Of a DNA stretch of 64,000 nt, positions 52,801 through 64,000 are shown piece after piece. The stretch is from Bugula neritina (taxonomy: Eukaryota; Animalia; Bryozoa). Location: assembly GCA_964035545.1 (NCBI GenBank), contig OZ037766.1:30292274-30356273 (forward strand), read 5' to 3'. Position 1 is the stretch's first letter; the number at the start of each line of letters is the position of its first letter. Made by a program: the position numbers and the translations under genes. The notes beneath the pieces were generated by a model. It saw nothing but the letters and a program-made list of their open reading frames with translations. It searched no databases and was not told the origin of the DNA.

Positions 52801-55800
52801 ATCAGTGATGAGACCAGCCAACAGGAAAACACCATTTTCTTCACACAACTTTCTGGAAACTTCCAAAGCAGCTTCTGACTGCCGTATACACTCATCTACT
52901 TCTTGAGTGTCTGCAAGTGAACAGGTAATGCACGTCTATAAGCCATGATAATAACACAATTACACTTAAAATACACATTTATATATATAAGATACAAATG
53001 ATGATAAATTGTTTGAAAAAAAACTGGGCATATCACAGCATTCTCTCACTGTTAAGTGCAAAGGATAAAACAAGTGGCATTTATTGAGAAATATATCATT
53101 TTCATTGCTTGGCACTGAGTTACTTTGACAATGTTTAAGTATGCATAATACATCGGGATAAGTAAGAATGGTGACACTTTCCAACCTCTATATGAAATAT
53201 ATTTTATTGAAACCTAACTCAAAATTCAGACCTTAGAATGTATTCAAAGCAAATACAACAAAATTGAAAAAAGTAATACTAATCCAAGTAAAGTGATGCA
53301 CTCACAGCTATGAGTCTTGGACCACACGCAGAATATTTGCATCAAAAGTTCAGCCATGGCAACTTGAACCATAGTATCTTTGTCTAGAATTGTGTCTATT
53401 CCCTTTTCACTGCCTCTTTCTTTAAATAATTCCAGCTTCCTATCAAATGATCATAGCAGACAAGTTTTAAAGTTAGTATTTTATGTTAAAAAATTATGTA
53501 AAGAGTATAGTAAAAACTATATTTTCTGAATAATAAAAAGAATATACTAACTGCTATCATATTTAAAAGAAGACTGTTAGTAGAATAGCACACCATTAGT
53601 AACACATTCCAGTCATAGATTTAATATGACAATGCTCAACGTATCTTTACAATCCTAAACTAAAATGGTACTGTAATATCTTGCATCCATAGCACACAAC
53701 GACTAGTTTCACTGTGACAGTCTATATTTGAACAACTAGAATTCCAATGATATCAGAAATTCCCTTATTCAGCACTCCAATAAGTTGGATCAATATTTAA
53801 ACTGGTGAAATACTAAACTATTTCTCATATATTAGCCTAGCACTCATATTGGCAGTAACTTAGCAATGGACATTTGTAACAGAACCAAAACGAATGCTTA
53901 CTACTAGCAAATTCAGCGATACATGTAATTACGGCTACTTCATTGTTGACAAAACTAACACCGATTAATTAGGCTACATTAAAGTTTCAGGAACACTTAC
54001 TCTCTGGTTAAATGGCCATTCACAAGGTCTTTGTCTTCACAGACATTCAGCATGTTTTTCAAATCTTTTTTAGTCAGCCGGTGGTATTGAGGCAACTCAT
54101 CAATGAAAACTCTGTACTCTTTATCTTGTATTAGGGAGTGTTGTATACCAGTTTCATACAGAATACATGCCACCTCTTTGTGTCTCTGAGAGCCATCCAC
54201 ATTACTAAATACCACAAAGTACACTGTCATTACATGCAATAAACAGTTGACTATTACAGCAGCTACAGCACTGTGAAAAACTTCAAAGTAACACACATAC
54301 CTTTAAAAATATCTAGACAGAAATAAATTAGGTTGTACCTTTGTTCCTTTAACAGACGATCATAACTATACCCGCCTCCCTTAACCAGCTCACAATATTT
54401 GTCTCTTGCTCCCTGAAAATATTCCTTTCCCTCTGTGGAGCCACTTGACTGGGACAACAAGCAGTAACCAATCCCAACCAGTAAGTTGCAATGCAGAAAC
54501 TGAAATATTCACTCTAATATAATTAGTTAACCGAAACACACCATTGTGGTGACAGTGCGGACATTGCTGAATGAATATACAGTATTTAGGATGACTATAG
54601 AAATCTATCAACAAAAATACCTTTGTGAAAGGTTTCACACTGCCCTTCTTAACAGTCTTATCAAGGGCAATTCCATGCTTAGCATAAAATTCCAAGAATC
54701 GAGCTTCATGCTTACGACCATCTTTGGGAAGAATCCGGTTGATTCCAATCAAAGCTTTTCTGTAACCATAACACATTTATACAATATAACGATAACATAA
54801 GATACTTATATAATATAACGCTGACCAGTGAAACTGACGAAATCACCCAACCAGCTGGTAGTTTTATTTTAACCAATGAATGACAAGACAAATTAATTTG
54901 ACGTAAAACAATATTGAAGCAACAGATCAAAAACAAATACTACCTACAACTCAAATATATATATATATATGTATTTCTTTCTAGCAGTCACCCTAAAGCT
55001 TTTACTTGTATATTACTTTTCCATAAATCATCAATAATATTGTCATAGAAAACCGAAAAAAGGTCACGTTTTATATAAATTACAAGAAGCTAGTCGAATT
55101 GCTGTGATGTCATACTTTTTTGTGAAGATTATGCTTGATTACTAAAAACAATTTACAACTTGAGATAAAGTTGAAATAAGAACTAAGAAGAAAATAATTT
55201 GATTTACGTCAATATCTCTATTTTCTCCTCTTCCTTTTTACAGAACAGTTTCAACGACTGCTTCACAAGTTTATGCAGACTCAACAATCTGCTTTTGTTC
55301 TCAGTTCTCATCACACAGATTCCTCGCTCACATAACCGATTACTTACTAATCTGGTAACTTCTGTAGCCTAAAACACAACAAGTATTAATCAAGAGAATT
55401 GGAATCACATCGTAATGAAAAGGGTGAAGACATTTTTCTCTAAAAAAGGGTAAACTTTACATATGCAATCTATGCATTGTGAGAATTTATACAAAATCTC
55501 ACCAGACCATCAGTATTTGAAACAGTTTCCGCACAAGACACTATCAATTCCCGAGGCAGATCCCTTTCACTGAAGAAAGACAGAACTTTAAGCAACTGCA
55601 TTGACTCCTCAGGATAGGGTAGATCCCTTACTAGCCGATCTATAGCTATCTTTATGGCTACGAGTGCACTTTGTTCACGAGCTTCAATTTCACCAACCCT
55701 ACCTTCTTCAATCAAAGACTTGGTTTGTGATTCTATATGTTCCAGATAACGGTTTAAAAAATCTTCACCATCGTCGGCCTTAAAAAAATAATGTGAAAAA

Positions 55801-57310
55801 AATTACAAAAATTTCTTTTTAAAAAAATGTTTCTAGTATAACAATAACAGACTACCACCATACCATATCAATAGCAGAGTACCATCACACCATACCAAGT
55901 ATGAACACATTCGGAAGCATTTGTACTATACCATCATTTAAATCTCCCATTTAAATAAATACAACCCAATTTCAACAAATGCAACATTAGGCACACATGT
56001 GTAACCTAGTAGACTTAGGAATCAAACCTTGAATGAAAAAAAAACAGAAATTATTGACTAAAAATTTAAAGAGTTTATTTAGAGAAAAGGTGTTTAGAAA
56101 GCTTGATGGACCAACCATAGACTAGCTAGCTAACTTGTCTATACTTGGAAACAAACTTTAAATTAATACACAACACAAATATAATGAAGAAAAATAATTC
56201 AGATCGTTTATAGTTGAAAGAATTCACCTGCTCGGACTCAAAACTTTTCAAAAATATTCGCAAAGCTAGAGCCATTCCACCAAGTTTATCCACAAGCTTT
56301 TCTAAAGAATCATCATCCAAACGTGTGAACTTGAAAAGTATCTTGGCTTCCTCTAAAGTGAAGGGAGACACTTGAATAAAACCATCTTTACCAATGTGCT
56401 GATATACAGCTGGTCTCGGGACACTCTTCATGCTAGTAACAAACATTGTCCAAGTAACCAGATCAGGGACTTTAGTAGCAGAAGTTTGTTGAGAAGATTT
56501 CATCTCCCTGGCAATGTGATCCAACATGATTAGCAACTCTTCAAGTTTTTCAACATCATCAAAGATAAAGATTTTGTGATGGTCAGGGTAATGGGAATTT
56601 AAAGTTTCGAAAAAGGTAGTGATAATATGCCAAGTTTTTGGCCTATCATCTGAGACTGCTCCAACAGGTATGTCTAGGTCTGTAAAAAGCTGGTGAAGGT
56701 CGTTGTAGAGTGCCTCAATACTGGTGCAATCAAATTTACGATAAAGCCTTTTGCCACTTTCTTTCAAATTATCCCAAACCTTTGCAGATTTATGTCCAGC
56801 AATATATGACTTTCCCCGACCAGGAGCACCTATAAAAATATCTTGGTATCAATAATTAATAATGAAAAACATTACAAAGCAAACAAATACGTGATATGCT
56901 GAAAAACAAAATCATTCGTTTTGCCTTATATGATACTCTTGGTACTTGTTGTTGAAAAAAATAATAATATTTTTGTAGCCATAGTTCATTATAAACAACG
57001 CCACAAAGCAGACAATAGCACAAATGGATAGCAAAACATGCTACAGAACAAATTTGGAAAAATAAATATCATTTAAAGAAATATTTATCTTCAATCACTC
57101 ACCCAGCTATATTTATACTATGATAACAATGGTGTCATCATTGAACAAAAAAGCGCTCTATCTATTCACATTTTGAAAATACTGATCAAATAATTAAGCA
57201 ACTATACCAGTTAGAACTATGATGGAGGACCCTGGAACTTCCAAAACTTTATCAACATCTTTGGCAGCTTCTGTTTCAACAAAATCATGGTTGTATATTG
57301 GTGTATTCAT
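49864..57310 (-). CDS. NB-ARC/STAND-class P-loop NTPase with helical (TPR-like) C-terminus, ~871 aa, 14 coding exons: 57208-57310, 56228-56829, 55503-55778, 55208-55368, 54621-54759, 54339-54499, 54001-54204, 53306-53439, 52725-52910, 52453-52578, 51957-52086, 51003-51197, 50521-50683, 49864-49899
   Basis: Splicing creates Walker A IIVLT-GAPGRGKS. Also Walker B KIFIFDDVE, MFVTS, VSPFTLEEAKILF, LGGMALAL (GLPL-like) and SLHKLVK (MHD-like). All junctions are GT-AG and the phases sum to a multiple of 3. The last two exons are less certain. Confidence 0.8.
51488..51708. repeat. Intronic minisatellite of atagtatacagggt / atagtatacagaga variants
   Basis: Read directly; about a dozen variable units of 14-24 bp. 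Confidence 0.9.
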
Positions 57311-57827
57311 GTTGTCTACTCAGCTTCTCTCCAGGGAAGATGCCTTTCTGAGTAGAAACATATAAATATATCCATAATGACACATAAAACACGTCATGCA
57401 CTTGCTATGAGAAATTAAAATATGCATCTTTCAGAATTGAAATTCCTGTAAAATGCAGCTACTAATACTATTACTTACCGCCATCGACAATTTCACGATC
57501 ACAGCAATAAATTATTATATTTATTACTCTTACACTTACAGTTATTGTAACTATATGAATAATCTTAAAATTACGAGCATAAAAGTTAAAAACTAATATT
57601 TTCAATAACAATTATCTGAGAAACTATTTGTTTAGTGTTATTGGTATTCCAATAATCATGATGATAATGATGATCATAATCTGATAATGATAATTATAAT
57701 CTTAAAGTCAAACTGAAAGCAAAAGTTGCATATATTTTACTTTAAATTATTTTAATTCTCATTATCAATATTAATTAAATTATTATTACATTGCTTATTA
57801 GTTATTACTTTCAGTATTACTCAACTA

Positions 57828-57892
57828 TTAGTAAGTATTAGTAATTTAGTATTACTAAATTAGTATTAGTATTACTAAATTAGTATTAGTAT
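57828..57892. repeat. Short AT-rich tandem repeat (tagtattactaaat-like) at the retrotransposon insertion point
   Basis: attactaaattagtattagt occurs twice, plus partial units, immediately left of the LTR. Confidence 0.7.
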
Positions 57893-58303
57893 TGTTGTAG
57901 ATTCGCGCAAATATACCATGTCCTTTTTTTTATTTAGAGTTATATTCCCTCGCACTCGTTTTCTTTTTTTTATTATTATTATATGTAAACCGAGACTCGT
58001 GCGAAGTCGGAGGCCGAAGACACGATATCGGAGGGGCCTGCCCGAGATCGGGCAGGTCTTCCTCCGATGTCGGTCGGCGGAACTCCGACGTTCGCACGAG
58101 TTTCGGTCTCTCATTAAGTGGCGGGAATTCCCCCCTATATAAGTGCGAAGTTTTTCCAAAGCAATTCATTCTTGTACTGGAGCTCGAAGCAGTCAGAAGT
58201 AATAAATACTCATAGATTCATTTTAATCAAGACTCTTTATTTCTATCACAATAACTGGCATGCAGACTACTAGTCTATTCTTATAATCCACAAAATCACA
58301 ACA
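57893..58303 (+). repeat. 5' LTR (~411 bp)
   Basis: Starts TGTTGTAGATT and ends AATCACAACA (short inverted termini, TG...CA). TATATAA at ~58136, AATAAA at 58201, PBS 1 nt downstream. The left boundary cannot be confirmed without the 3' LTR. Confidence 0.75.
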
Positions 58304-58304
58304 T

Positions 58305-58323
58305 TGGTGGCAGCGGTGGGATT
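58305..58323 (+). promoter_or_regulatory. Primer-binding site complementary to tRNA-Leu
   Basis: TGGTGGCAGCGGTGGGATT is the reverse complement of AATCCCACCGCTGCCACCA, the 3' end of metazoan tRNA-Leu(AAG/TAG). Confidence 0.85.
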
Positions 58324-58375
58324 AGAATAGACTAGTACGACAAGCAGCCATTAGAGAGAAAGAAAGAACAGCACA

Positions 58376-59299
58376 ATGGGGGACGAAGAAGAAGAAGTCA
58401 TGGTAGAAGGAGAAGAAGAAGGAGAAGGGGACCGTCTCACCATGGAGACGCTCATCACGGCTCTCCGAGAGGTCGGAAAGACCGCACAGGCAGCACCTGG
58501 AGACAGGTATCGCCTGAGGCCTCCGATTTTCGGAGGCGAGGGAGATATCGAACAATTCATCAGAGAGTTTGAGGAGGTAGCCACCCTCGCCGAATGGCCG
58601 GCACCGGTGCGCCTCCTCCACCTCCGTACCTGTCTGACAGGTCAGGCAAAGAGTTATGCTCTGGGACCCAATACAGCGCACATCTTTCAGGCCCTCAGGT
58701 CGCGTTTCGGGCTAACCGCCCGCGCCGCCAGGGACAGATTGCGCACCATACGCCGAGACCGGAAGACCTCACTCCAAGACCATGCAAACGCTATTGAGGC
58801 ACTAGTACCAGTAGCCCATAGCGACGACACACCGGCAGCACAAAGAGGTGCTGTGTATGAAGCCTTCTTCCACACAATCAATAACCCTGGACTACAGCGT
58901 TATTACTTGGCAGCCAAGGTCACCACTATAGAGGAAGCCTTAGCCCTGGGCAAGGCTTACTACCAAGTAGAGGGACCTCAGTGTGCGGATTTCACCGCTT
59001 GTCAGATTGAGGAACGACCCGAAGTCGCTAAGCCGGATCAGCCAAACCCACAGGCCGTGGCGGCTGCTACTACTTCGTCACCTGACCAGATGACCATGCT
59101 GATGGACATGGTAAAGGGATTGCAGGCAGAGATGAAACAGATGCAGAGAGAACAGGCTGATAAACGAAACCCCCGACCCTGGGGTGAACCAGCCGGTACT
59201 ACCCACCTCACCTGCTGGGGGTGTGGTGCCAGGGGACATGTACGAAGGCAATGCCCTCACGAAAGAAGGATGCCTTTTAACACCCGGGGCTCGCGGTAA
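58376..59299 (+). CDS. gag: Gag (307 aa) with CCHC zinc knuckle
   Basis: ORF directly after the PBS; capsid-like PPIFGG..FIREFEEVA..W..L...LTGQA; knuckle CWGCGARGHVRRQC. Confidence 0.93.
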   Translation: MGDEEEEVMVEGEEEGEGDRLTMETLITALREVGKTAQAAPGDRYRLRPPIFGGEGDIEQFIREFEEVATLAEWPAPVRLLHLRTCLTGQAKSYALGPNTAHIFQALRSRFGLTARAARDRLRTIRRDRKTSLQDHANAIEALVPVAHSDDTPAAQRGAVYEAFFHTINNPGLQRYYLAAKVTTIEEALALGKAYYQVEGPQCADFTACQIEERPEVAKPDQPNPQAVAAATTSSPDQMTMLMDMVKGLQAEMKQMQREQADKRNPRPWGEPAGTTHLTCWGCGARGHVRRQCPHERRMPFNTRGSR

Positions 59300-62200
59300 C
59301 CTCCGCCAACCGTGAGCCACCAGCCAACCCCATCCAGGAAGAAATGACCCAAGGAGCCTTTTCCAGGCCAGCCGAGGCTGCGTGGAGACGTCGGAGACCC
59401 CAAGGTCTGCCCGACTCTCCAACCCAGCCACCTACGACCCGGATGGGACTCCTAGATGCAGGATGGCAGGCACCTCGGAGATCTCGGAGACCGCAAGGTT
59501 TACCCGATCCTCCGGCCTGGCCACTCCAAAACCGGTTCGCGGGGTTGCCCGAAGAGGCTGTGGAGGAAGATTCAGCTTACTCGCGAGAGTATCCAAAGCT
59601 ACCCTCCCAGCCTCAGAAAACCCCCGTTGTCTGTAGGACGAAGAGGAGGCCCGCTGTAAGGACCCAAGAGGTGTCCCCACCAGAGACTGACCGACCCAGG
59701 AGCACCCAGCCGTATGGAAGCAGCTACTTCCTGCCCGGAAAGATTTCGGGCAAAGCTGCCACCTTCCTGCTGGACACAGGGTGCACTACAAACCTGCTAA
59801 GTCGGCGTCTCTTCGACACCCTTGGCGCCCGAGAGCGGGCGAGCCTCGAGCCATACGAAGGAGCACACGGTACGTTGGCGGACGGATCGTGTATCCCCTT
59901 CTACGGCATTATCACACTACCTGGACGAGTCCGTGATCAAGTAATTCACGAGACGTTCATTGTCAGCCACCTGAAGGAAGACGCCATTCTGGGAATGCCC
60001 TTTCTGGAGAAACACCAGTGTCACATGGGTTTCCAGAAGTCGGCGGTGGTGATGGCTGGGAAGGAACTTGCATGTGTGGACAAGTTTGGTAGGCCCTTGG
60101 TGGGCGGAGTGCAGGTAGTGCAGGACTGCACGATTCCAGGGAGATCCCAGGCTACTCTCCGATGCAGGGTCAACTGCAAGGAGATCGCCGCACTGGGGGT
60201 GGTGGAGGGAACGCACGGAGCAATTCGACTGGCAAACAGCCTAAATCGGCTGGACTGTCGAAGGGAGCTCCTCGTGCAATGCATCAACCCCTTTGCGGAA
60301 TCGGTCCGATTATCGGCTGGTGCACTGGTGGGGAAGTACCACTCCATCCATGAGGCGGATGTGGGTCCGGCACTGGAAACAGTGAGCGACACCCAGGGAA
60401 ACCCCCCTCACAACCACCGAGAAGCAGTCCCGGAGCATGTGGCTGGCTTGTACAGTGGAGCGTGTGGAAACTGTACGAGTAGTACCGAACGCCAAACACT
60501 GGCTCAACTACTCGCGGAGTACAGTGATGTCTTCAGTCGTGGTGATGAAGATATGGGGCTGACTAAGGTTATCTCCCACGAGATACCCCTGGCAGCTGGC
60601 ACCACTCCCATCAGGCAGCCAACCCGACGTCTGGGCCCGGAGAAGGAGAAGGAGGTGAGCTGGCAGGTGCAAGATCTTCTCGACCGGGATCTGATTGAGC
60701 CTGCCCACGGTGCGTGGAGCTCTCCAGTAGTCCTGGTCAAGAAGAAGGATGGTAGCTGGAGGTTCTGTGTGGACTACCGCAGACTCAACAGCGTTACCAT
60801 CCAGGACGCTTACCCCCTCCCGCGGATAGATGAGTCTCTGGATGCCCTCGCGGGTAGTAAGTACTTCAGTACTCTGGACCTGCTTAGCGGGTACTGGCAA
60901 GTACCCCTCAGTCCTGATGCTCAGGACAAAGCAGCATTCATTACCCGCGATGGGCTCTGGAAGTGGAAAGTACTGCCGTTTGGACTTACGTCCGCCCCGG
61001 CAACTTTCCAAAGACTCATGGAGCAGGTCCTCAGTGGGTTACACTGGAAGACCCTCCTAATCTATCTGGATGACGTCATTGTCATCTCCCCAGACTTTAC
61101 GACTCATGTCAGTCGTCTGCGGGAGGTCTTTGACCGACTCCGGGCTGCTGGACTGAAGTTGAAGCCCTCCAAGTGTGCACTCCTACAGCAAGAAGTCACG
61201 TACCTGGGCCATGTGGTTGGCCGTGACGGGGTCGCTACCGACCCGGAGAAGGTACAGGCTGTGAAGGAGTGGGCCGTCCCCCGGGACCTCTCTGAATTGC
61301 GGGCATTCCTGGGCCTGGTAGGGTACTACAGGCAGTACGTACCCGGGTTTGCAGGGGTGGCTCAGCCTTTGAATCGGCTAACCGCCAAGGGAGTCCGGTG
61401 GCAGTGGACACAGGAGGAGCAGCAGGCATTCGACCACCTCAAACAACGGCTAATGGAGGCGCCGATTCTGGCGTTTCCTGATCCAGCCAAAGAGTACATC
61501 CTGGACACCGACGCCAGCGACCACAGTGTGGGAGCTGTTCTGTCTCAAGTCCAGGGTGGAAGTGAGGTGGTCGTGGCTTACTACAGCAAGACTCTCGCGG
61601 CTGCCGAGAAAAACTACTGCACCACTAGGAAGGAACTCCTAGCAGTAGTCAAGGCGGTCAAGCACTTTCGGCCATATCTGTATGGAAGAACGTTCCGGTT
61701 GCGAACAGACCATGCATCACTGATATGGTTGTGTAAACGTGCAGAGCCCTCGAGTCAGGTGGCCCGTTGGCTAGAGATTCTTGCTGAGTTTTCCTACCGG
61801 ATAGAGCACCGTGCCGGCAAGAAACACGGGAACGCTGATGGCATGAGTCGCCGACCGGTAGAGAACTGCAAGCAATGCCTACACATCGAGAGGCGTGATG
61901 GGGGACCTGCCCGCCTTGACGTCGAGGCACAGTTGGGAGACGGCAACGTCTATCGTTGGGAGCACGGCCATCTTCGGCCTGAAACCCACTCAGACGACGT
62001 CCAGGCACTCCGTGCTAACCCCACACTGTACCAGAACGTCAAGGAGCTGTGTCGACTGCAAGAAACACTCCCTGGATCAGTAGCTGACATCTTCCGAGCC
62101 AAGAAAGAAGGCAGACGACCCTCGAAGGAACAGCAACGGCAGGGAGACGCTGAGTTTCAGTTCTTCTGCCGCCGCTGGAATTCTCTCCAGATTCGTTTAG

Positions 62201-64000
62201 ACGGCCTCCTGACGATGACACTCGCAGCAGACAACCGGCAACAAGAAAGGGATCGCGTCATATGCCCACGCGCTCTCCGTCGGGAAATCATCTGGGACAC
62301 CCACAAACAGGCCCATGCGGGAGCCAGTCGGGTCATCAGATTCCTGCAGATGCGATGGTATTGGCCCGGGATGACCAGGGATGTGCGACTGAGAATTCGG
62401 CACTGTGAAGTCTGTCAGGCCAGCAAACACGGACGCCCCACCGAAACCACGGGTCGGCGCCGGCTATACGCCGGCCGGCCTTGGCAGGTCGTGGCGGTAG
62501 ATCTCGTGGGACCCATGCCCACGACCGAAAGGGGAAACTCTTGGATCTTGGTCCTTACAGACCACTTCACACGATGGGCGGATGCCCTGGCTATCCCCGA
62601 CGCATCGGCACCCACAGTAGCCCGAGTCCTGGACCAGCATGTGTTCTGTTACTTCGGCCTACCGGAACAGATACACACCGACCAGGGCGCTCAATTCCAA
62701 TCACAATTAATGAAAGACCTCTGCCAAGTATGGGGGGTGAACCAGAGCCGGACCACCCCGTATCACCCCCAAGGAAATGGGGTAGTTGAAAGAAACAACC
62801 GGATGTTGGGTGATGCTCTCCGGAGCCTCTTGTTGGGAAGGAGTCAAGAGGAGTGGGACGTCATGCTACCACAGATTATGCGAGCCTATCGAAGCACCCC
62901 CCACTCCAGCACACAGGAAACACCGAATCTGATGATGTTGGGCCGAGAAACCAGGGTACCAGAACACCTCGCGTACCACATTCCTAACCCAGAATTCCCA
63001 GTACATGAGTACGTGGGAAAGTTAGTCGAAACCATGAAGAAAGCTCATGACGCACTGAGAGAGAAACAGTGGCTGGTACGAACAGAAGATTCCGAGGAGC
63101 CGCCTCTGTATCGCGAAGGGGACTGGGTGTGGATGGTCAGCTACCGCAGGCGGCGCGGACAATCGGCTAAATTACAGCCTAAGTTCGTCGGGCCCTACTG
63201 CGTGGTAGAGGTTTTACCAAACCATACATATCGTGTGGAACGCTCGGGACAGATATCTGTTCAGAACGAGCAGCGGTTGAAACCTTACCACGGAAGCCCG
63301 GAAGCCGCGGGACAGGCACCACCACTGCTGGAACCAGCACGACAGCCCATCTCCCGTGGGAGGAGGAATCAACCCCGAGAGTGGGAAATAATTGTTCGTG
63401 ATCCCAGGGAAGTCCAAGACACCTCCGACGCCCCCCCACGGAGCCTGCCACCCGCTCTACACACCCATGATTTACCCAGCCAGACCAACCAACCAGAGAC
63501 ACCCACCTCGCTAACACCGGCCCCAGAGGACCTCCCCTTGCCGCCGACGCCTGTCCCAGACGATATACCGCCTCCACCAGACACCCCACATCAACCAAGC
63601 AACCCTACCAACCTCACTCTGGGGAGAGGAAAAAGAGACAAGAAACCGCCGGGTTATTTGGCTGATTATCACGTGGGGTGCATGACTGAACTTCACCCTT
63701 CGAATCATTACACCCAACTGGACTCGAATTCAGACTGTCACCTCAGATCAACCATAAACACACTGACTACCCAAGAAAATCAAGACCGAAATTCGGAGGC
63801 GGCCCGACACCCGGAGTTGTCTAATTTAATTGACCACTTGACCAGTCACGTGATCGGCGATCGCACGAGTTTTAAAATTAAAAATCAAAACTCGGCCATT
63901 TGCACTTCAACTTTGAACGATACAGCACGCTATTTTAAACTCAATTTGAAAAATTTGACAAATATGGAGCCTGTGACAAGTAAACAAACCCAGCTCGCTA
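59281..64000 (+). CDS. pol: Pol polyprotein (protease, RT, RNase H, integrase), -1 frame relative to gag, open to the window end (>1570 codons)
   Basis: FLLDTGCT (~59764), WRFCVDYR, LPFGL, IYLDDV (~61060), LDTDAS (~61501), H..H..CEVC (~62300-62415), DLVGP / HTDQG / VERNNR. The ORF track lists no terminated ORF in this frame, consistent with no stop before 64000. Confidence 0.95.

Larger units (their letters stand above)
57893..64000 (+). mobile_element. Ty3/Gypsy LTR retrotransposon; 3' part lies outside the window
   Basis: Abrupt rise in GC content; LTR, PBS, gag, then pol in PR-RT-RH-IN order. Confidence 0.97.

Noticed and set aside
54339-54513. Apparent frameshift in exon 6 of the NB-ARC gene
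   Set aside because: It disappears when the acceptor atatttcag (exon start 54499) is used instead of the upstream attag; the gene need not be a pseudogene.
58322-63717. Numerous 60-170-aa antisense and off-frame ORFs inside the retrotransposon
   Set aside because: Expected by-products of GC-rich coding sequence on the pol strand; no motifs seen.
57893-64000. GC-rich island as a bacterial horizontal transfer or contamination
   Set aside because: Fully explained by a Ty3/Gypsy element (LTR, tRNA-Leu PBS, gag, pol).

Overview
AT-rich, intron-containing eukaryotic (metazoan, probably invertebrate) genomic DNA. No prokaryotic features, rRNA or CRISPR. Gene models were built by hand from GT-AG junctions and phase matching. 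(1) A four-member family of small two-coding-exon secreted peptides, seen only partly by the ORF track: 5.8-6.9 kb (+), 8.8-9.7 kb (-), 15.6-16.5 kb (+), and 34.2-35.1 kb (+, 1-nt frameshift). All have a signal peptide, a phase-1 intron and a core C-x2-C-x7-C-x9/10-C-x7-C-x3-C, but the cationic tails differ: His/Lys, Pro-Arg repeats ending in an amidation signal, or a Thr linker plus a Gly-Arg tail. This is the best candidate for an undescribed system, a modular host-defence-peptide family. (2) Three tandem rolling-stone (AIG1/ADTRP-like) membrane-protein genes, two intact and one deleted. (3) Nocturnin (-) head-to-head with oligoribonuclease REXO2 (+). (4) A ~870-aa NB-ARC/STAND ATPase with a helical C-terminus and no N-terminal effector domain. 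(5) An apparently intact Ty3/Gypsy LTR retrotransposon running off the window end. A tandem segmental duplication (peptide gene + rolling stone + nocturnin 3' part) explains the 15-42 kb layout. Also present: a 654-bp near-perfect foldback, short palindromes, four copies of a tRNA-derived SINE and a degenerate hammerhead ribozyme. No database searches were run, so novelty claims are provisional.
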